60,388 bases of DNA from a virus, in IMG/VR virus record IMGVR_UViG_3300045988_119780, positions 1 to 60,388 of that record. One strand, given 5' to 3'. This document shows, one piece after another, positions 53,754-59,022 of the stretch. Within the stretch, counting starts at the first letter, position 1, and every line of letters begins with the position of its first letter. The notes under the pieces are model-generated. The model saw only the letters and a program-made list of their open reading frames with translations. It had not been told where the DNA came from and searched no databases. The position numbers and the translations under genes were made by a program.

Positions 53754-54307
53754 GGCCTTCACCTCCTTTTTTATAGGATACTTAATACTAACATCTAACC
53801 ATTGGTAACGCAACCCCCTGGCAAGACTTTTTTTAAAAAAGTTTTTGGCGCTACATCAAGCCCCGGCCCGCCTGGCTTGCTGGTGATCAAAAAAGGCGTG
53901 GTAAAAAGGAAGTAGGGCCAAAAGTAGCAGGATCCAAAAAGGACCACTAAAAAAGCCTCCCGCCCCCGGCCAAAAGCCCCCTTCTTTTCGCGCGCTTGAT
54001 CAAAAGGCCGGCCGGCTTTGGCTGCTTCCTGCTAGCAAATAAAAAAGGCGGGCAAAAACATATATAAGGAAGAAACACGATTTTTTTTATTTTTTCTTCC
54101 TTATATAGCCCCGGCTGCCGGGGCGTCAAAAAGCGAAACTATATTTTTTTAGATTTCGTATAGTGAAAGCACTTACATTAAAATTACATTAAAACATCCT
54201 TAGAATAAAATTAATGAATGCTAAAAATATAATTATAGCTCTAAGTCTGACCGATTTTTACCTTTTTTCTTTTCGCCTTAGGAAGATTTGCTGTACAACT
54301 GGGGTGA

Positions 54308-54323
54308 TTTTTTTTTTTTTTTT
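54308..54323. repeat. T16 homopolymer tract
   Basis: ggggtga followed by 16 T, then attccg. Confidence 0.9.
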
Positions 54324-54368
54324 ATTCCGCAGTCGGCCGGTCAGTCAGCTGATTGGTTGGTCGGCTGA

Positions 54369-54398
54369 TTGATCGTTTAGTTTAGATTGTGGTATACT
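54369..54398 (+). promoter_or_regulatory. Promoter TTGATC, 18 nt spacer, TATACT (TG-extended)
   Basis: gaTTGATCgtttagtttagattgtggTATACT. Confidence 0.5.
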
Positions 54399-54404
54399 AG
54401 ATAT

Positions 54405-54697
54405 ACAAGCCGTTCACGCTTTGTGTGATTGTATGGCACGCCAATTGATTTGATAGGATTAATCTGTTGCCTGGTAAGCCCATGCCTTCATGCAGCGGAC
54501 CCCGAACGGTATTTTATATAAAGAGCACTGGAACCTATCAGCCAGGTGCTCTTACTACGTGCCGTTTAGCGGCTTGCAGACTACCCAGCTGGTTCACGGG
54601 CAGAGATTCCTATGGAGCTTTGGTGTTACATAGGCCGGGCCAGTGTCGGGACTGTCTGCTTTAGTACTCGTTGACACCAAACAGCGAGTACTTTTTT
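54405..54697 (+). ncRNA. Candidate structured ncRNA of about 290 nt (unit R1)
   Basis: Promoter to terminator. Hairpins AGAGCACTGG..CCAGGTGCTCT and CCTATG..CATAGG, and a GGCACG/CGTGCC long-range pair. The only ORF has a TTG start and no SD. Confidence 0.5.
54663..54697 (+). terminator. Intrinsic terminator of R1
   Basis: AGTACTCG..CGAGTACT stem followed by TTTTT. Confidence 0.7.
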
Positions 54698-54699
54698 AT

Positions 54700-54728
54700 T
54701 TGCCAATCAAGACCAGGTGTGGTAGAGT
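54700..54728 (+). promoter_or_regulatory. Promoter TTGCCA, 17 nt spacer, TAGAGT (TG-extended)
   Basis: tTTGCCAatcaagaccaggtgtggTAGAGT. It shares TGTGGTA.A.TAGAT with the R1 promoter. Confidence 0.5.
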
Positions 54729-54734
54729 AGATGT

Positions 54735-54873
54735 CGGAAGTCGTAAGCTAGCACGGCTTCCCATCCAGTATTTGGTGAATTGCTCTCCCCAAGTGCACTA
54801 AAGAGAGAGCAAACATTCATACAGTGCAAAAAGACAGTCAGCATTCTTTCCTCAACCGCTGACTGTCTTTTTT
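54735..54873 (+). ncRNA. Candidate small RNA of about 140 nt (unit R2)
   Basis: Three hairpins: GGAAGTCG/CGGCTTCC, TTGCTCTC/GAGAGCAA, and the terminator. Confidence 0.5.
54832..54873 (+). terminator. Intrinsic terminator of R2
   Basis: AGACAGTCAGC..GCTGACTGTCT (11 bp) followed by TTTTT. Confidence 0.75.
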
Positions 54874-55054
54874 GTGTTATGTATTTCCGTGTGGATATAG
54901 CCGCTCAGCACGCCACAGAATCAATTTTAAGCCGTTTCAGTATAGACCATAGGTAAACCCCTACCACAGGCTTACTTAAAACGCCTCACATGCCGTATTA
55001 TGGCTGTCTGACGGGCAATCACTGTGTTTCGGCTGCATGGATAGATCGTGTGTC

Positions 55055-55300
55055 ACCTTCCCCAGTATATTAATTATCACACTCCCCAGTCTAACTTCAC
55101 TACCATTAATCACCCCCAGTCAACAATCGGCTGCCAAAAAACGCCCCCAGTCAAAATTCAGTCCTAAAAAAAACACCCCCCAGTCAATTTTTAGCCCCAG
55201 AAAAATCACCCCCCAGGCTTTTTTTGAACTCAGAAAAAACACCCCCTAAGCTTTTTTAAAGCATAAAAAAATAGCCCCCCAAGCTTTTTTGGGGAGCTAT
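55055..55300. repeat. Array of about 8 direct repeats with 31-33 bp period (A-tract, CACCCCCCAG, T-tract)
   Basis: C-tract starts at 55060, 55084, 55113, 55144, 55176, 55209, 55242 and 55275. The last five units are well conserved. Confidence 0.8.
55264..55300 (-). terminator. Intrinsic terminator of 55807..55304 (formed by the last repeat unit)
   Basis: Minus strand ATAGCTCCCCAAAAAAGCTTGGGGGGCTATTTTTTT. Confidence 0.65.
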
Positions 55301-55303
55301 CGA

Positions 55304-55807
55304 TTATTTACTTAACAAGTTAGCAGCAGTATCGTCACCGCCTACCCAGTCTGTCCAGCGAACCAGCTTATCGTAGTCCACACTTTCAATAGCACGTACA
55401 ACTTGGTCCATAATTTCATCATACAGTCCAGTGTGGCTATCTGCGCCTTCATTGTATTGGCGAACATATTCCTTGATTTGATCGTCAGTAATCTTCAGCC
55501 CGGCAAATTCACGAGCACCAGTCAGCACGGCTGCCAGATCGGCACCTACTTGTTCCGGATAATCCAAAGCGTTGTCCAGGTAATCTTCTAGTGGTTCACG
55601 GTCCGGAACTTCTTCCAGATCGTAGTCATCGATAAAGCCCTGGTCCTGGGCTGCTTTCAACAAGGAAGGCACTGAGCTGTCGTCAATGTCTTCCCAGTCA
55701 GCAAGATCACCAGTCACCAGATCAGCCTCGCTAATTGCCTGCCAAAGCTTTTCAGCTGATTCAAATTCACCTAAATCGTCGTGATTTACCTTTACGTTGT
55801 ATAACAT
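55304..55807 (-). CDS. Hypothetical highly acidic protein
   Basis: 167 aa, D/E-rich (DLADWEDIDDSS, DDYDLEEVPDREPLEDYLD). C-terminal motif shared with 51655..52251. Confidence 0.55.
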   Translation of the reverse strand: MLYNVKVNHDDLGEFESAEKLWQAISEADLVTGDLADWEDIDDSSVPSLLKAAQDQGFIDDYDLEEVPDREPLEDYLDNALDYPEQVGADLAAVLTGAREFAGLKITDDQIKEYVRQYNEGADSHTGLYDEIMDQVVRAIESVDYDKLVRWTDWVGGDDTAANLLSK

Positions 55808-55870
55808 TTTAGTTTTCCTCCTTTACGCTCTCTATTATGCACCTTGACAAGTACATTGCAAGGAAAAGTT

Positions 55871-56047
55871 CTACTTTTTTTCTTGCTTTTCCTTGATACG
55901 TTTTACCAGGTCTCTGAGGTCGTCATCATTGGCTAGATCGCTAATGAACTTTCTAGCCTTTGATCGATATTGCAGGTAACGCATTTCTTCTTTATGAGCT
56001 TCATTCCATTTTTGGTTAGCCCTTTTTCTTGCTTCGGTAATTGCCAT
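55871..56047 (-). CDS. Small basic helical protein (58 aa); paralogue of 53529..53753
   Basis: My own translation is MAITEARKRANQKWNEAHKEEMRYLQYRSKARKFISDLANDDDLRDLVKRIKEKQEKK. AAGGAGGG SD. Confidence 0.45.
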   Translation of the reverse strand: MAITEARKRANQKWNEAHKEEMRYLQYRSKARKFISDLANDDDLRDLVKRIKEKQEKK

Positions 56048-56179
56048 GTGTTGCCCTCCTTTTTTACACTATAGTACACTTGGCAAAGCAAAAGGTCAAC
56101 GCCCCAGTGTGGCAATTAAAAGGCCCTCAGCATTAATTATGCCGAAGGCGGTTATAATAAGTTAACACTAACTCTAAAA

Positions 56180-56359
56180 TCAGCCAAGCCATCTGACCAG
56201 CACTCCAATAATCACCAGTGGCCAACCAACAAATTCGCCTAAAATCAGTGTGGCTGTAGCAATTTCAACGCCATGTCTTGGCAAGATAGCCACTTCAGCT
56301 AAAGACAAAGCAGGACTAAACAGCCCAGCTAATAGCCCTACCCAAAAAATAATTGGCAT
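56180..56359 (-). CDS. Small two-helix membrane protein (59 aa)
   Basis: My own translation is MPIIFWVGLLAGLFSPALSLAEVAILPRHGVEIATATLILGEFVGWPLVIIGVLVRWLG. GGGAGA SD. Confidence 0.4.
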   Translation of the reverse strand: MPIIFWVGLLAGLFSPALSLAEVAILPRHGVEIATATLILGEFVGWPLVIIGVLVRWLG

Positions 56360-56376
56360 AAATTTATCTCCCTAAC

Positions 56377-56446
56377 AAAAAAGCCGGCTATACCCGGCTA
56401 TAGTGACCCGCTCAAACCTTACGGTTGTCATCGCTTGAGTATAGCA
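56377..56446 (-). ncRNA. Possible very short transcript (about 55 nt) between an extended -10 and a terminator
   Basis: TGCTATACT at 56438-56446. Terminator AGCCGG..CCGGCT followed by TTTTTT at 56377-56399. Confidence 0.3.
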
Positions 56447-56563
56447 TCCCTACTCCGCAGTAGAGCGCTATGCAAGGGTCTAAGACTGTAGTGCAGTTCC
56501 ACCCGCACTATAGCCGAAGTCATGTAGTGACCCACAATGACTCGTCAAATGACACTTTAATTA

Positions 56564-57007
56564 CTAGATTGGCAAATGTAGCTCTTTAGCTACATCAAAA
56601 ATAAAATCATTCCATTTCCTGTAGCCGTCTGCACGGCTTACAAGGACTTTTCCTTGCATTACTAAATCAGAAATGGTGTGTGCATTTCTCAGTCTTGACG
56701 GTTTGAAATACAGTTCTTTGCAGATTGTCTGTACTTCGTCTGGTGCCTCTTCAAAACAAGTCCGGATTGCCATGTGCTCTTGTCTTAATGCGTTCAGCCG
56801 CTTGTCTTCATCAAGCGTTACAATCCATCGTTCTTGATAAGGTGTGTTGCTGCTAGATCGACCCCCACCCACATTGTCGTCCGGCTCTACATATGGGTGC
56901 TGGAGTTCAAATCTCCGTTGCTCTACGTATTCGTCATAGTGTGGATAGTCTTCAAGCAAAGATTCAATATAGCGCTTAGCGTTTCGTTCGCGTTTTCTAA
57001 TGGACAC
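56564..57007 (-). CDS. RinA-family-like phage transcriptional activator
   Basis: 147 aa. YIESLLEDYPHYDEYVEQRRFELQHPYVEPDDNVGGGRSS is typical of RinA-type late activators, from memory. Confidence 0.45.
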   Translation of the reverse strand: MSIRKRERNAKRYIESLLEDYPHYDEYVEQRRFELQHPYVEPDDNVGGGRSSSNTPYQERWIVTLDEDKRLNALRQEHMAIRTCFEEAPDEVQTICKELYFKPSRLRNAHTISDLVMQGKVLVSRADGYRKWNDFIFDVAKELHLPI

Positions 57008-57041
57008 CCGTTCACCTCCTAAGGAATAACCTATACGTCTA

Positions 57042-57272
57042 TTATATACCTTTCATTGCCAATTTGCAAACATTTTTAAGAATTTCTTTGCAATCATTCG
57101 GTATATCGTCAGTTGGAAACGGAATTAATTCAGTGTCTGTTCGTATAATCCTGGCCCACTCTTTGCCATCAGCTCCGTAAAGCATAATCTCGTTGTCACT
57201 GATCGTGGTCTGCGTTCCATCTGGAAAGCTGCGTAAACTAAAATTGTTAGTTTTCATAGCTGTCATCTCCAT
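57042..57272 (-). CDS. Hypothetical protein
   Basis: 76-aa ORF. Confidence 0.4.
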   Translation of the reverse strand: MEMTAMKTNNFSLRSFPDGTQTTISDNEIMLYGADGKEWARIIRTDTELIPFPTDDIPNDCKEILKNVCKLAMKGI

Positions 57273-57786
57273 GCTTCAAGAACAAGCCATGTGGCGTAAT
57301 GTAGTAATCTCCGTTAGCTATGTCAGCCCAGATCGATTGTCTGTATTTGACAGTATAACCATCGTTTACAAGTTGCCGCTCAATCCAATCAGGATTGCCG
57401 CCTACGGTTCCACCAAGCAAGTACTTGCGGGCTTGGCCTTTTGATGTAGCATAGTATACATTGCCCACAGCGTCAGTCAGAACCCAGCGGAAGTTACCCT
57501 TTACGGTCAAGTTGTATTTGGCTATAACCCTCTTCACCGTGGAGTATCCAGCTCCTAGTTCACCGGCTATTGCATTGGCTGAATATCCTTCATCGACCAT
57601 TTGGATTACCATTTGTTCAAACTTCTCTCGATTGCTATCTGTCCACTTGATCGGGATGTCTGGATGTTCTTCATGATTCAGTTCGGCTTGCAGCTGTCGC
57701 AGTTCATGTTCTGGAGTATTCATAATCGACCCATAACGTTTTTCACAGTCATGGATGATCTGGTAGTGCTTAGCGTTTATCCTCAT
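57247..57786 (-). CDS. Hypothetical HTH-containing protein
   Basis: GYSANAIAGELGAGYSTVKRVIAKY resembles a sigma-70 region 4 / resolvase-type HTH. Confidence 0.45.
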   Translation of the reverse strand: MRINAKHYQIIHDCEKRYGSIMNTPEHELRQLQAELNHEEHPDIPIKWTDSNREKFEQMVIQMVDEGYSANAIAGELGAGYSTVKRVIAKYNLTVKGNFRWVLTDAVGNVYYATSKGQARKYLLGGTVGGNPDWIERQLVNDGYTVKYRQSIWADIANGDYYITPHGLFLKHGDDSYEN

Positions 57787-58042
57787 TGTTCAGCTCTGCC
57801 ATAGTCAAGATACAATACCCCGCCAGATCAAGCAGGGTGTCCTGGACTGATTCGCCCAGGTTATCTATGCCGTTACTATCAAGCATTAAAGTATTCAGTC
57901 GATTCCACTTGTCTGACATTCTCACCAGTGCCGCAATGTAGCCGTACTTTTCAATGCTCTTGCCAAATGCGTCACCGTAGGCTGCGTTCTTTTTAGCTAA
58001 GGTATCCGCCAGCTTGTCAGTGTAACCTTTATATGTTTCCAT
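57770..58042 (-). CDS. DUF1599-like all-alpha protein (tentative)
   Basis: KKNAAYGDAF...RMSDKWNRLNTL...DTLLDLAGYCIL pattern. Confidence 0.4.
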   Translation of the reverse strand: METYKGYTDKLADTLAKKNAAYGDAFGKSIEKYGYIAALVRMSDKWNRLNTLMLDSNGIDNLGESVQDTLLDLAGYCILTMAELNNEDKR

Positions 58043-58056
58043 AGGTTATCTGCTTT

Positions 58057-58284
58057 CTATCTATATTTCTCTAGTTGATTAATCCACTGCCAATTGAGTT
58101 TAAACTTTCGATAGCCGTCACCGATCAGTGTTAAATAATCGATGCCTTTATCAAACTTAAAGCATGTTTTCCACTCTGCAGCTTTTCTCAAGTCCAGGTA
58201 TGCCTTTTCTGGACACAGTGGACTAAAGTGCATGACGTAGAGTGGATAGCCTTTATCGCCTAGCAAAGTTAGTTTACGTTTCAT
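58057..58284 (-). CDS. Hypothetical protein
   Basis: 75-aa ORF with an AAGGAGC SD. Confidence 0.45.
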   Translation of the reverse strand: MKRKLTLLGDKGYPLYVMHFSPLCPEKAYLDLRKAAEWKTCFKFDKGIDYLTLIGDGYRKFKLNWQWINQLEKYR

Positions 58285-58305
58285 GACTGCTCCTTAAACG
58301 AAAAT

Positions 58306-58353
58306 AACCATTGTCTGGAATCGAACCAGACTTAAAGTCCTAACTTAATGGTT
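58306..58353 (-). ncRNA. tRNA-like minihelix 1 (7-bp acceptor-like stem plus canonical T-arm; no D or anticodon arms)
   Basis: Minus strand AACCATT-AAGTTAGGACTTTAAG-TCTGG-TTCGATT-CCAGA-C-AATGGTT. Confidence 0.5.
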
Positions 58354-58521
58354 TGTAGAAATGCAGGCTGATTTGTGTTACGAAAAACGTGGTTAAAATA
58401 ACGCCCCTTAGCTGCAGACGTAATTAATAAATCAACCTCTTAGCTATACCACACTCAGTCGGCAGAATGTGATACGGCTGTGCCCCGCTAAGCGTTAGCT
58501 ATCACGGCAGGGCTAAGGCAA

Positions 58522-58542
58522 GCTGGGGAGTCGAACCCCAGC
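58522..58542 (-). ncRNA. Isolated tRNA T-arm-like hairpin
   Basis: Minus strand GCTGGGG-TTCGACT-CCCCAGC. I found no matching acceptor strand. Confidence 0.4.
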
Positions 58543-58631
58543 TCACTGTGCGAAAGAGAATAGTAAAATAAAAATGCTGTTATCTATAGCTTTAGGTGAG
58601 GTAGAATGCCCAGCTGGAGGAAGCTGGGCTA

Positions 58632-58675
58632 AGTTGTGCGCTGGAATCGAACCAGCTTTCAACCGAAACACAACT
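58632..58675 (-). ncRNA. tRNA-like minihelix 3 (acceptor-like stem plus T-arm)
   Basis: Minus strand AGTTGTG-TTTCGGTTGAAA-GCTGG-TTCGATT-CCAGC-G-CACAACT, followed by hairpin GCCCAGCT..AGCTGGGC (58608-58629). Confidence 0.5.
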
Positions 58676-58734
58676 GCAATAAAAAATAATGAGATCTAGT
58701 ACTAAATTTAAATTACAGTTTACAATTTGCTGCC

Positions 58735-59022
58735 CACGGCTTTCCATACCGATCACAGCAATGCACGACCTGGGGCTTGCACCCAGCGGCTCTCTATGGT
58801 GTCGTGTCACCGATTTAGAAAGGATTTTCACTACAATCAACTACCCCCGACCGAGGTCGGAGGTTTGCAACTAGCTAGCGTGGTCCAAGCAAACTCCCCG
58901 AGGGGAGTTCTCCCATAGCCAAGCCCGAAGGCTTACGCTGTCGCTTCTCAAGCATCCTTGGCGAACCTCAGATGCTCCCGCAGGCTGACTACTACGGCAG
59001 AACAGCACGTTTACGCACTGCT
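58735..59022 (-). ncRNA. Candidate TnpB omega-RNA (reRNA) scaffold / IS right end
   Basis: At least 6 GC-rich hairpins directly 3' of the tnpB stop: GCATC..GATGC, AAGCC-TTCG-GGCTT, AACTCCCC-TCGG-GGGAGTT, CCGACC-TCG-GTCGG, and CACGAC..CTGGG..CCCAG..GTCGTG. AT-rich DNA and a T-run follow. The 5' limit probably lies inside the ORF. Confidence 0.6.

Noticed and set aside
53947-54129. 60-aa minus-strand ORF in the A-tract region
   Set aside because: Low-complexity Lys/Pro/Gly/Phe translation of phased A/T tracts, with no SD.
54467-54664. 65-aa plus-strand ORF inside the R1 unit
   Set aside because: It has a TTG start with no SD, an odd Cys/Arg/Pro-rich composition, and is embedded in strong RNA helices between a promoter and a terminator. 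I treat it as non-coding.
55037-55249. 70-aa plus-strand ORF (MDRSCVTFPSILIITLPS...KKNTPQSIFSPRKITPQ)
   Set aside because: Its repetitive peptide simply reads through the 33-bp DNA repeat array. It has no SD and lies on the opposite strand to all neighbouring genes.
55055-55300. Regularly spaced repeats, considered as a possible CRISPR array
   Set aside because: The conserved core is only about 12-15 nt. The inter-core segments are themselves conserved A/T tracts, not unique spacers. There are no cas genes or leader. It fits iterons or bent DNA better.
58306-58675. Genuine tRNA genes, suggested by three perfect T-arm sequences
   Set aside because: I could not fold D-arm or anticodon arms. 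The acceptor-like 5' strands lie only 11-16 nt from the T-arms. I therefore report them as minihelices, pending tRNAscan/ARAGORN.
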